From: Acinetobacter wanghuae | Lineage (GTDB): Bacteria > Pseudomonadota > Gammaproteobacteria > Pseudomonadales > Moraxellaceae | Assembly (NCBI RefSeq): GCF_009557235.1 | Contig: NZ_CP045650.1 | Location: 1,590,001 to 1,622,000 of the forward strand | Direction of reading: 5' to 3' | DNA length: 32,000 bases | Part shown: positions 17,501 through 26,333 of the stretch, piece by piece | Layout: each line of letters begins with the position of its first letter | How positions within the stretch are numbered: the first letter of the stretch is position 1 | Notes under the pieces: model-generated | What the model was told of the DNA's origin: nothing | Databases searched by the model: none | Seen by the model: the letters and a program-made list of their open reading frames with translations, nothing else | Program-made: the position numbers and the translations under genes

Positions 17501-17758
17501 ATGTATTTAAAAGAACATATCGTCCGTGTAGAAAATATTAAAATGATGCAAGCACTTGATCACGCCAATATCGACCATAAAGTGATTGCGTTATTCTTAA
17601 GTTGTGAAGGCATTGCCTTACAAGCGCATGAAGTGAGTGCCATCTTAAATAGTTATGATGCCCTAGGCACGAAGAAAATTACCTCAAAAAAAGTGCAAGC
17701 CATGATTGAAGCCAAACAACTCGGAGAAAATGACGAAACACTGCCGTGCCCTGTTTAA
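17501..17758 (+). CDS. Hypothetical protein (85 aa), unrecognised family
   Basis: Strong SD GAGGTG (17491-17496) 4 nt before the ATG. Its own terminator follows at 17785-17808. No motif recognised. Confidence 0.55.
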   Translation: MYLKEHIVRVENIKMMQALDHANIDHKVIALFLSCEGIALQAHEVSAILNSYDALGTKKITSKKVQAMIEAKQLGENDETLPCPV

Positions 17759-17784
17759 CACATACTTTAACTTGAGCTGGATGA

Positions 17785-17808
17785 AGGGCGACTTCGGTCG
17801 CTCTTTTC
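17785..17808 (+). terminator. Rho-independent terminator after the 85-aa gene
   Basis: GCGAC(17788-17792)-TTCG-GTCGC(17797-17801), extendable to 8 bp with one G-U pair, followed by TCTTTTC. Confidence 0.6.
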
Positions 17809-17907
17809 AATCACAGATATAAATAACGATAAAAAACTGCATCTCGAAATAAAGCTCTCAGGCTGTGTATAATCGAACTCAGATTTACACAAGAGTCGTG
17901 ACTGTTT

Positions 17908-19068
17908 ATGGTTTTCAATGTCCTGCAAAAACAACTTGATGCAAGTACCTTATGTCCGTACTGTCAGGCAGCAATGTTTTGGGTTGAAGCAGAACAATAT
18001 GATCAAGAATTCAACTATCATGAATGCAGTCATTGTCAGCATCAAATTCATCAAAATACTAAAAATAATTGTTATTGCGAAAAATGTTTAAGCCAACGTA
18101 AAAAGCAATTGAAAGACACGCGCGTCCAAGAAAGCCGTCAACGTGCAAAAAAACAAGATCTTCACCAATTTGAACTGAATCAACTGAGTTTTATCAATAA
18201 GCTGTTTCTATTGGCTTTACTTGATGATCAAGTTCAAGAACATATGCAGCATAATGAGTATATCGATTGGGAGGCGGTCAAATATCACCATATTAGCCCG
18301 AATTATTTAATGCAAAATGCGTTGGTCAAACGTTTAGTTCGCGATCAGATTTTGATTTATAAAGATGCAAATACCGATCAGCAACATTACTATATTAACG
18401 TGCGTTTAGATGGCTACGCTGAACCCAGCCTTTTTAGTATTACCCAACAATTACGACATTGGTTTTATGAAAACCTAAGCATGGGCATTCCATTTAAAGA
18501 TGCCGATGAAGTGAAAGATGCGTTGTACTTTATGCTGTATCAAGAAGTCATTCAATTTGCGCAATTTTATTGCCGACCGTGGGGCATTCAAATTGCAGGA
18601 AATGCCGGTTTTCAAGCCTTTTGTTATCGTCTACTTGATGCCCTTGCTGTGGGACAAATTTACTATTTAGTACAAACAGCGCTTGAATATTTAAATAAAC
18701 AAAAAGCGTTGCAAGCGCGTAATGAGAATTTCATTAATACCAATTTACTTAAAAAAACTTTGCAGCAATATCGAGAACGCTCCCTTACAGAAAAATGGGA
18801 AACATCAACCCTGCCTCGCCCACCCCAAATAATTTTGAGTAAAATGAGCGGGATCTTGTTTTATCGCTTCTTAGGCTACGATGAAAGCATATTTTTCCAA
18901 CCGGTTTGGCGCTCATGGAAAAAGATTCAGGCACGCTTAACCTTTTATTCCACCAAGCGTTGTATGTACTGCGGCTCAAATGAACTTTCGGTCGAATATG
19001 ATGCCAGTGATTATGTCAGCTTAAATTGTCGTAATTGCAAACATCAAGACCATTATTTCACACGCTAA
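17908..19068 (+). CDS. Hypothetical protein (386 aa) with N- and C-terminal Cys-rich zinc-ribbon-like modules
   Basis: CxxC pairs at C16/C19, C40/C43, C55/C57/C60 and C352/C355, C374/C377. The central ~290 aa show no motif I recognise. A perfect TATAAT lies at 17868-17873. The SD is weak. Confidence 0.6.
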   Translation: MVFNVLQKQLDASTLCPYCQAAMFWVEAEQYDQEFNYHECSHCQHQIHQNTKNNCYCEKCLSQRKKQLKDTRVQESRQRAKKQDLHQFELNQLSFINKLFLLALLDDQVQEHMQHNEYIDWEAVKYHHISPNYLMQNALVKRLVRDQILIYKDANTDQQHYYINVRLDGYAEPSLFSITQQLRHWFYENLSMGIPFKDADEVKDALYFMLYQEVIQFAQFYCRPWGIQIAGNAGFQAFCYRLLDALAVGQIYYLVQTALEYLNKQKALQARNENFINTNLLKKTLQQYRERSLTEKWETSTLPRPPQIILSKMSGILFYRFLGYDESIFFQPVWRSWKKIQARLTFYSTKRCMYCGSNELSVEYDASDYVSLNCRNCKHQDHYFTR

Positions 19069-19083
19069 GGCTGCACCGCTTAC

Positions 19084-19815
19084 TTAGTGAACGTAACGAC
19101 CTAAAGCCAAGTTCCATGTGGTTTCAATAATGGTACGCAAATCGAGCAGGCACACGCACACCAAACCTTTACCATTAAAATAATCTGGTACCTGTTGCAT
19201 GAAGAAGCGAATATGATCATCTGAGCGATTACGCAAACGAATCAATTGATCTGGCGTAACCCGTGGAATAACCGATTGACTGACATAGATACCGCGCCCG
19301 CGCTCTTCAACTTGCTTTTTGCGCGATAACATTAGTTTTAAAATATCAATATGCTGTTCGGGAATTTCAACATTATGTCTTGGGAAAAAAAACTGCGAGC
19401 GTGAAGCAAATAATGTATAGACTTTAGGTTGCATTAAGGTCGTCACAAACCACAGTGGTATTTTGGGAGAACGCAATCGATAGCGAACAGCAACACGAAT
19501 CGCAGAACTTAAGGTCAGATTTTTACGGCGATACTCACTGAGTACACCAGCACGTGATGACACTACATAAATAGGCTGGGCATCTAATTCGAGTTTTAAG
19601 ACGGGAATAATATTTTGCCCAATGAGTTTTCCTTGATGCCAATACTGCACCACAGGCACAGACACCGCATCAACATCATACATATAGTCATAGAGTTCCT
19701 CGACTGTAGAACTCGGAAAGATCTGCTGATCGAATGACCAAATATCTTGAAATAACGCATGTTTTTTTTGTGTAGACAATTTTACAAAATCAACAATCGT
19801 CTCTGTTATTTTCAT
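19084..19815 (-). CDS. Hypothetical protein (243 aa from ATG 19815); possibly a GNAT-like acyltransferase fold (weak)
   Basis: Open frame. The track start at 19848 is TTG, and the ATG at 19815 gives MKITETIV. The segment IYVVSSRAGVLSEYRRKNLTLSSAIRVAV loosely resembles the GNAT beta4-alpha3 motif A. This is pattern recognition only. Confidence 0.5.
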   Translation of the reverse strand: MKITETIVDFVKLSTQKKHALFQDIWSFDQQIFPSSTVEELYDYMYDVDAVSVPVVQYWHQGKLIGQNIIPVLKLELDAQPIYVVSSRAGVLSEYRRKNLTLSSAIRVAVRYRLRSPKIPLWFVTTLMQPKVYTLFASRSQFFFPRHNVEIPEQHIDILKLMLSRKKQVEERGRGIYVSQSVIPRVTPDQLIRLRNRSDDHIRFFMQQVPDYFNGKGLVCVCLLDLRTIIETTWNLALGRYVH

Positions 19816-20781
19816 AAAACAAGCCCGATACTCAAATTCTGCCCACAATCATTGTGAGACGAAATTACAATGAAACTTGAATACAGGATAATATTCATGT
19901 GAATCACATTCAAAGTTTCAGTGCACCCTTACGATCAATAATATGAAGATAATTTAAATAATATTGCACCATCCAATATGAGTTCAATCTCATTATTTTT
20001 GAATGATGTATTTAAATTCAGTAGATTGGACACGGTGGTAGCCTACTGGTTCACAGAGTTATTTAAAATAGCGCCCTATTTATACAATACCTTTGTGTAA
20101 ATTGTAAGCAATTTATTGAAGATATGAAAATGTTGTGCTGCACCATGGATCTATGTTTTGATTTTTTTAGATCTACTTCAGAAAAAAAAGATACTTTACC
20201 TTCGATCGTTAGATGAACACCAGTTTAAGTCTAGTACTCGGCTATTAACGAAATAAGCCAGTGTACGTTAATTCATTTCGTGCACGAGCAAACATGAAAG
20301 CCGTTATTTTTCAGTTGCTATACTTAATTTGATTCTCACTACACAACTATTAAGCTCAAATTTTCACCAAGATTATATAATCAGGAAAAATAAAAACGTT
20401 AAAATACATGACTTATCACGTTATTTTAGATCATGCGATGACACATCATTTTTATAAAATGAGCGTATTCAGTTGTCATCTAAGCATGAAGCAATTACTT
20501 AGACATTTAATTCATCGAATGCTGATCTCCTATTCATTCATTTATATTTACATAATCTTACTCAGATATAAGGTATATTTTGGGTATAGGCACTAAACAT
20601 CTGGACTTTTGATCTTCCTCCCATATCTATCTCATTTAAGCTAAGTCTACTGATTAACATATAAATAAGCTAACTATTGATAAAGATATGTATTAAAAAA
20701 AGAATACGTAAATGATCGTCTGAAAGGCGACAACACCTGAAAAAACATCAATTTTTAAGCGCTTAAATCAGATCAGTCTCC

Positions 20782-20811
20782 TTGACATTGATCTATGTTT
20801 TTTATTATATA
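20782..20811 (+). promoter_or_regulatory. Candidate sigma70 promoter upstream of marR
   Basis: Perfect -35 TTGACA (20782-20787), followed 15-18 nt later by overlapping TATTAT/TTATAT/TATATA (20803-20811). Confidence 0.35.
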
Positions 20812-20829
20812 AATACTTACTTGATAAGG

Positions 20830-20866
20830 TTCAAATCTAAACATGGGTGCTTAAATTAGATTTGAA
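20830..20866. promoter_or_regulatory. 11-bp perfect inverted repeat (candidate MarR operator or leader hairpin)
   Basis: TTCAAATCTAA (20830-20840), N15, TTAGATTTGAA (20856-20866). It sits between the candidate promoter and the marR ATG (20976). Confidence 0.3.
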
Positions 20867-20975
20867 TCAATGCCCCAACGAGGAGCAAAAAACAATCAAA
20901 AATAATACTTGAATTTTATATGAACATTTTCATAAAATGATGGCAACTTAAAAAAATAAATAAAAGGAAAAACCC

Positions 20976-21440
20976 ATGACTAAAAAATATGCGAAATTTT
21001 TACCAAACACCGATAATTTCACCTTGGAAAACTTTCCTTATTATTGGATTACCCAAGTACATGCGCAATATGTACTAAACGTCGATCATGCGCTTAAAAA
21101 GTATGGTGTTGATAACTCTCGTCGCCGTATTTTGTTAGCGCTAAAGTCCAAACCCAATGCCAGCGTGTCAGATTTATCTGAAATGATGGTCTCAAAAATG
21201 TCGACCACCACCAAGATTGTCTACCGTTTAAAGGATGAAGGCTTAGTACAAACCTATTCTTGTGAAGATGATGCACGTATCACGCGCGTTGTGCTCACTG
21301 AAAAAGGTCATGAAATGGCTTATAAGATTAATGATTTAACCAATATTGTATTGGAACAATCATTCGAAGGCTTAACACCTCTTCAAATTGAAAAAACCAT
21401 GGAAAGTCTGCGTCATATTTTCAAAAATCTCGCGCGCTAA
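20976..21440 (+). CDS. MarR-family transcriptional regulator
   Basis: 154 aa. The winged-helix region RRRILLALKSKPNASVSDLSEMMVSKMSTTTKIVYRLKDEGLV...DDARITRVVLTEKG is typical of MarR. Confidence 0.85.
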   Translation: MTKKYAKFLPNTDNFTLENFPYYWITQVHAQYVLNVDHALKKYGVDNSRRRILLALKSKPNASVSDLSEMMVSKMSTTTKIVYRLKDEGLVQTYSCEDDARITRVVLTEKGHEMAYKINDLTNIVLEQSFEGLTPLQIEKTMESLRHIFKNLAR

Positions 21441-21451
21441 ATGTATAAAAA

Positions 21452-22114
21452 CTAAAGATCGAAGAATGACATTTGAGGCGTCACTTTTTCGATCTTTGGT
21501 TTTGGCACATGTGAACATTCATATTGTTCTACAGGAAAACCTTCTATAAATGGGTGGATCTCTGGGCTTTTCCAACTGAGCCACTCATCTAATCTTTCAT
21601 GCGGAATCACAATCACTGAGCGCTTTATATCACCTGAGCCATGAAACTCCCGCATCATCGGATGGTCAATCGCATCCATCGTAATCATTGCCGCTGAACG
21701 AACAATTTCATCACCTATACGTACAATTTCATACAGTGCTGCAATAAAAGTCACCTGCTCATCTTGACGCCTAATACCCCAACGTTGCGGCTTATGGTCA
21801 ATATATTTTGACTCATAAAATTCAGTCACTGGAATAACGCCGAATTTACATTTTATGGTTGCATCTGCAAACGTTGGCTTTTGTAATAAAGTTTCATTTC
21901 GAGCATTATAGGTTTTGGTACCCATGCTTTTATCCTCTGCCCATTTCGGAATAAAACCAAAATTGACCAAACGCCATTCCAATCCAAGCTCAGATTTAAA
22001 TAAAAGTGGCGTTTGATAATTTGGATACACTTCATCTGGATAGTCAAATGGAATGTCGGGAAGATTCGAAGCTTTAAGTTGCGTAAGCGTCAACGGTTTA
22101 AAATTAGCACACAT
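21452..22114 (-). CDS. SOS-response-associated peptidase (SRAP/YedK family, abasic-site DNA-protein crosslinking)
   Basis: The ATG at 22114 gives MCANFKP, the obligatory Met-Cys2 N-terminus of SRAP proteins. NARNETL and a C-terminal His region (VIVIPHERLDEWL) fit the family. The track start at 22126 is TTG and would bury the catalytic Cys. Confidence 0.85.
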   Translation of the reverse strand: MCANFKPLTLTQLKASNLPDIPFDYPDEVYPNYQTPLLFKSELGLEWRLVNFGFIPKWAEDKSMGTKTYNARNETLLQKPTFADATIKCKFGVIPVTEFYESKYIDHKPQRWGIRRQDEQVTFIAALYEIVRIGDEIVRSAAMITMDAIDHPMMREFHGSGDIKRSVIVIPHERLDEWLSWKSPEIHPFIEGFPVEQYECSHVPKPKIEKVTPQMSFFDL

Positions 22115-22201
22115 AACAGCCCACAATCGCGAGAAATCATACGCTGATTATACTGCGCGATATGCTCTGAAATGTATGCATTCATTAATCACGCTAAATT
22201 C

Positions 22202-23641
22202 TTAGTTCGGAATGGTCAGCCAATGCGTACGGGTAAATTCCTCAAAAATCCAGCGTCCATTAAAGCGCCCAAGTCCTGAATTTTTCTCACCACCAAATGG
22301 TGCATTGGCATGATCCGCAACGCTAATACTATTAATATGTGTCATACCCATATCAAGCTTTGCCGCAAAATCTGTACCACGTTCGATATTTGAAGTACAC
22401 ACTGCACTCGACAGTCCAAAGCGTGTATTGTTGGCAATATCTAATGCATGCTGCTCATCATTGACTTTAATAATCGGTAGAATCGGACCAAAACTTTCTT
22501 CTTGTGCGATCTCAAAATATGGATCGACATGGGTGAAGATATGCGGTGCAACTACATTGCCCTCGATGCCACCGTCATAAATTAATTCTGCGCCGAGTGC
22601 GTGAGCATGCTGAATAATCTCACGGTGTTTTTGTACTTGCCCTTGATTAATAATTGGACCAATAATGGTATCTGCTAAGCTTGGATCACCGACCGCTATG
22701 GTTTTCACACGTGCTAATAATTTCTCAATATAAGCATCATGAATTGAAGCATCAACAATGACACGATTGGTACTCATACAAATTTGACCTTGATGCATAA
22801 AACGTCCCATGACGGTGAATTCAACAGCTAAATCTAAGTTTGCATCATCTAAAATAACTAAGGGTGCATTGCCACCCAGTTCAAGTGCTAGACGTTTAAT
22901 GCGTGAACTTGCCAAAGCTTTACTCCCCACGCCCTGACCCACTTCGGTCGACCCTGTAAATGAAATCATTTTTGGGGTCGGATGCTCAACAAAGTAGTCG
23001 CCAATTTCGGAACCTGAGCCAACCACAACATTCAGCACACCGTTAGCCAGCCCTGCTTCTTCAAACAATTTCCCCAATAATGTTCCACCCGTCACTGGTG
23101 TATCACTGGCAGGCTTAAGTACAACTGAATTACCACAAGCAATCGCTGTCACGACTGAACGCATTGATAAATGAAATGGGAAATTCCAAGGGCTAATCAC
23201 CGCAATCACACCCAATGGCTTTCGTAACACTAAACTCTTTCGGGATGGATCTTTACTGACTAATTCTTCGGTTTTCAGTTGTTCGGGAAAATTGAGACTT
23301 TCTTGAATAATCCCCAAAGCTGCATCGACTTCAATGTTGGCTTTAAAACGGGTACTGCCCGATTCCATAATCAACCAATCGATGATTTCTTTACGGCGAC
23401 GCTGAATGACTTCAAGCAGATTTTGAATGACCAATTGTCTGCTCTGTACACTCGCCAAAGCCCCTTGCTCAAAACTATCCAAGGCAGCAGTATAGGCAGC
23501 ATCCACATCTTCGGTATTGGCGGCCTGCAAAGTAAAGATTTCATCTTGAGTAAAAGGATTCAGATTACGAATCGTTTTTCGCGACTGTCCGAGCTGCCAT
23601 TGTCCAGCAATATATTGTAAATCAAGATTCTGATAGGTCAT
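22202..23641 (-). CDS. NAD(P)+-dependent aldehyde dehydrogenase, substrate unknown
   Basis: 479 aa. Catalytic Glu motif LELGGNAP, catalytic Cys region QGQICMSTNR, and FTGSTEVG cofactor motif. Confidence 0.9.
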   Translation of the reverse strand: MTYQNLDLQYIAGQWQLGQSRKTIRNLNPFTQDEIFTLQAANTEDVDAAYTAALDSFEQGALASVQSRQLVIQNLLEVIQRRRKEIIDWLIMESGSTRFKANIEVDAALGIIQESLNFPEQLKTEELVSKDPSRKSLVLRKPLGVIAVISPWNFPFHLSMRSVVTAIACGNSVVLKPASDTPVTGGTLLGKLFEEAGLANGVLNVVVGSGSEIGDYFVEHPTPKMISFTGSTEVGQGVGSKALASSRIKRLALELGGNAPLVILDDANLDLAVEFTVMGRFMHQGQICMSTNRVIVDASIHDAYIEKLLARVKTIAVGDPSLADTIIGPIINQGQVQKHREIIQHAHALGAELIYDGGIEGNVVAPHIFTHVDPYFEIAQEESFGPILPIIKVNDEQHALDIANNTRFGLSSAVCTSNIERGTDFAAKLDMGMTHINSISVADHANAPFGGEKNSGLGRFNGRWIFEEFTRTHWLTIPN

Positions 23642-23764
23642 GTATTGTCCTTAACTACGTTTTCATTCTTACAGTTACTTTATCAGATGATTTTGGCTTG
23701 AAGCATTCGTGCGACGAATTGTTACGCTTTTACATTCAATATTAATCTTATAAATAAAACCCAT

Positions 23765-23790
23765 AAAAAAAGCGCCCGAAGGCGCTTTTT
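23765..23790 (-). terminator. Rho-independent terminator after glcB
   Basis: AGCGCC(23771-23776)-CGAA-GGCGCT(23781-23786). On the minus strand it is followed by T6-7. Confidence 0.8.
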
Positions 23791-23803
23791 CAAAACTTAC
23801 AGA

Positions 23804-25969
23804 TTAGTCACCTGTATAGCCTTTTAATTTTAAACGTGCTGCATGTAGAAGCGGCTCTGTATAACCTGCAGGCTGCTCACCACCTTTGAAGATCAAATCA
23901 GATGCTGCTTGGAATGCAATATTATTGTCAAAGTCATTCGACATTGGCGTGTAAAGTGGATCATTGGCATTTTGCTCATCCACAATTTTCGCCATACGCT
24001 GCATGACTTCTTCGACTTGCGCGCGAGTCACAATACCATGACGTAACCAGTTCGCCACGTGCTGTGAAGAAATACGTAAGGTTGCACGGTCTTCCATTAG
24101 ACCCACGTTGTTGATATCAGGCACTTTCGAACAACCCACACCCAAGTCAACCCAACGTACCACATAACCCAAGATACCTTGACAGTTATTTTCTAACTCT
24201 TTGAGTTTTTCTTCTTCTGTCCAGTTGGTGTCTGTTGCAAGTGGTGGTGTTAACAAATCATCAAGTGACAACGCTTCAGTCGAAAGCAATTCTTGCTGAC
24301 GATTTGCCACATTAATTTGATGGTAATGAATCGCGTGAATAACCGCACCTGTTGGTGATGGTACCCATGCACAGCTTGCACCCGCTTCAGGATGTTCAGT
24401 CTTGGTTTTGTACATATCAAGCAACATATCTGGTTTTGGCCACATGCCTTTACCAATTTGTGCTTTACCGCGTAGACCCGTTTGTAAACCGATCATCACG
24501 TTACGGTTTTCGTACGCTGGGAACCAGATTTGACCTTTCACTTCGCCCTTACGAACGAATGGACCTGCTTCCATAAAGGTATGAATTTCGTCACCCGTAC
24601 GGTCCATAAAGCCCGTGTTAATGAAGATAGTGCGATCTTTCGCTTGTGCGATACAGTTCTTCAAGTTTACAGATGTACGACGTTCTTCATCCATGATCCC
24701 GATTTTGATCGATTTTGCAGGTAAGCCAAGTGCTTGTTCTGCACGCTCGAATAATTCCACTGCAAATGCCACTTCTTCAGGACCATGCATTTTCGGTTTA
24801 ACCACATACATCGAACCTTGGCGTGAGTTCTTGATGGTGTTTTCACCGCGAATGTCGGCAACAGTCAATAATGGTGTCACCAATGCATCCATGATGCCTT
24901 CATAAATCTCTGCACCATCCACAAGGATTGCAGGATTCGTCATCAAATGACCCACGTTACGAAGTAACATCAATGAACGACCGTGAACTTTGGTTTCACC
25001 ACCTTCCAAGTTTTTGAAAGTACGGTCTTGGTTCAATTTACGCGTAACGGTTTTGCCATTTTTCTCGATTGATTCTTCAAGCGTACCGCGCATTAAGCCT
25101 AACCAGTTACGGTAGCCTTCTACTTTCTCTTCAGCATCAACCGCTGCAACCGAGTCTTCTAAATCTTGAATGGTCGTTACCGCAGCTTCAAGCACAACGT
25201 CTTTTACGCCAGCAGCGTCTGTTTGACCAATGGCGCTTGCCGGATCAATTTGGATGATTGCATGTAGCCCATTATTTTTAAGAACAACTTCTGTTGGTGC
25301 AGAAGCTTCACCGTTATAACCGACAAATTTAGATGCATCTGCAACCGTTGTTGTAGAACCATCTTTAAAGGTTACAACGAGTGCATTGCCTTCAACGGCA
25401 TATTTTGTCGCATCAGCATGTGAACCATTTGCTAATGGGAACGTTTCATCTAAGAAGTTTTTCGCAAATGCGATAACTTTTTCGCCACGTTTCGGGTTAT
25501 AGCCTTTGCCTTTTTCTGCGCCATCTTCTTCAGAGATCACATCAAAGCCGTAAAGCGCGTCGTACAATGAACCCCAACGTGCATTTGCTGCATTTAGGCA
25601 GTAACGCGCATTACGTACTGGCACAACCAACTGTGGACCTGCCAACAGCGCAATTTCTTCGTCGACATTTTCAGTGGTAATTTGGAAATCTTCTACTTCT
25701 GGTAATAAGTAACCAATTTCAGTCAAGAAAGCTTTGTAAGCTTGTAATTCAAATGTGTTATTGCGGTGCCATTCATCGATTTTGGCTTGAATGTCATCAC
25801 GCTTAGCCAAAAGTGCTTTATTTTTAGGGCTAAGATCAACAACGACTTGTTCAAAGTTTTTCCAGTATGTTTCGCTGTCTAAACCAGAACCTGGTAATGC
25901 TTCATTTTCGATAAAATCGTAAAGTTCTTTAGCAATCGCTAACTTGCCTTTTTGAATACGTGCAGTCAT
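23804..25969 (-). CDS. glcB: Malate synthase G
   Basis: 721 aa; length and sequence (e.g. [38 protein letters not shown]) are typical of GlcB. Confidence 0.95.
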   Translation of the reverse strand: MTARIQKGKLAIAKELYDFIENEALPGSGLDSETYWKNFEQVVVDLSPKNKALLAKRDDIQAKIDEWHRNNTFELQAYKAFLTEIGYLLPEVEDFQITTENVDEEIALLAGPQLVVPVRNARYCLNAANARWGSLYDALYGFDVISEEDGAEKGKGYNPKRGEKVIAFAKNFLDETFPLANGSHADATKYAVEGNALVVTFKDGSTTTVADASKFVGYNGEASAPTEVVLKNNGLHAIIQIDPASAIGQTDAAGVKDVVLEAAVTTIQDLEDSVAAVDAEEKVEGYRNWLGLMRGTLEESIEKNGKTVTRKLNQDRTFKNLEGGETKVHGRSLMLLRNVGHLMTNPAILVDGAEIYEGIMDALVTPLLTVADIRGENTIKNSRQGSMYVVKPKMHGPEEVAFAVELFERAEQALGLPAKSIKIGIMDEERRTSVNLKNCIAQAKDRTIFINTGFMDRTGDEIHTFMEAGPFVRKGEVKGQIWFPAYENRNVMIGLQTGLRGKAQIGKGMWPKPDMLLDMYKTKTEHPEAGASCAWVPSPTGAVIHAIHYHQINVANRQQELLSTEALSLDDLLTPPLATDTNWTEEEKLKELENNCQGILGYVVRWVDLGVGCSKVPDINNVGLMEDRATLRISSQHVANWLRHGIVTRAQVEEVMQRMAKIVDEQNANDPLYTPMSNDFDNNIAFQAASDLIFKGGEQPAGYTEPLLHAARLKLKGYTGD

Positions 25970-26300
25970 TGTCTTTCCTGATATTGCTACTTTTTATACA
26001 AGAGTTTCTAGTATACTGATTAAAATCTAGCTGAATAGTACTATCACATTGCTAAATAGTGATCATTTTTTATTAAGCAACTACCCTCATAGTCACACAA
26101 TAACTTCAAATCACAAATATGTAGTCATTCATCTGCTAAATACCCTCATGACAGTGTATAAAGATTTTGAAATGTAGAAATTAGACTTAAGTTCAGATTT
26201 TCGAATAATAAATACATATTTTTATGAGCATTGTCATTCTTTATGCTTAATTAAGCCACGATTTGACAAAAATGTCGATTCGGCACACATCTCATAGCAT

Positions 26301-26329
26301 AAAAAAACGCTGGAACATTCCAGCGTTTT
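26301..26329 (-). terminator. Rho-independent terminator after zapE
   Basis: CGCTGGA(26308-26314)/TCCAGCG(26319-26325). On the minus strand it is followed by T7. Confidence 0.75.
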
Positions 26330-26333
26330 ATTT

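Noticed and set aside
19839-19850. 10-mer GCCCACAATC shared upstream of two minus-strand genes (19841-19850 and 22119-22128), giving both track ORFs an identical TTG-encoded MWA N-terminus.
   Set aside because: Many exact 10-mer matches are expected by chance within 32 kb. Both genes have better downstream ATG starts (19815 and 22114).
20408-20596. 62-aa ORF inside the long AT-rich gap.
   Set aside because: The nearest SD-like AGGA is ~20 nt upstream. The translation is dominated by I/Y/H/L/F, as expected from AT-rich non-coding DNA, and no motif is present.
20828-20837. tRNA T-loop-like GGTTCAAATC that might mark a tRNA remnant or an integration att site.
   Set aside because: No complementary T-stem, acceptor stem or CCA context is present. 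The motif is simply the left arm of the 11-bp inverted repeat. No integrase or direct repeat partner is present.
26049-26149. Repeated short motifs upstream of glcB: TACCCTCAT at 26082 and 26141, and TGCTAAATA at 26050 and 26134.
   Set aside because: Duplicate 9-mers are not statistically surprising in a 364-bp AT-rich region. They have no dyad symmetry or obvious spacing logic. They would only be worth revisiting if conserved in orthologous regions.
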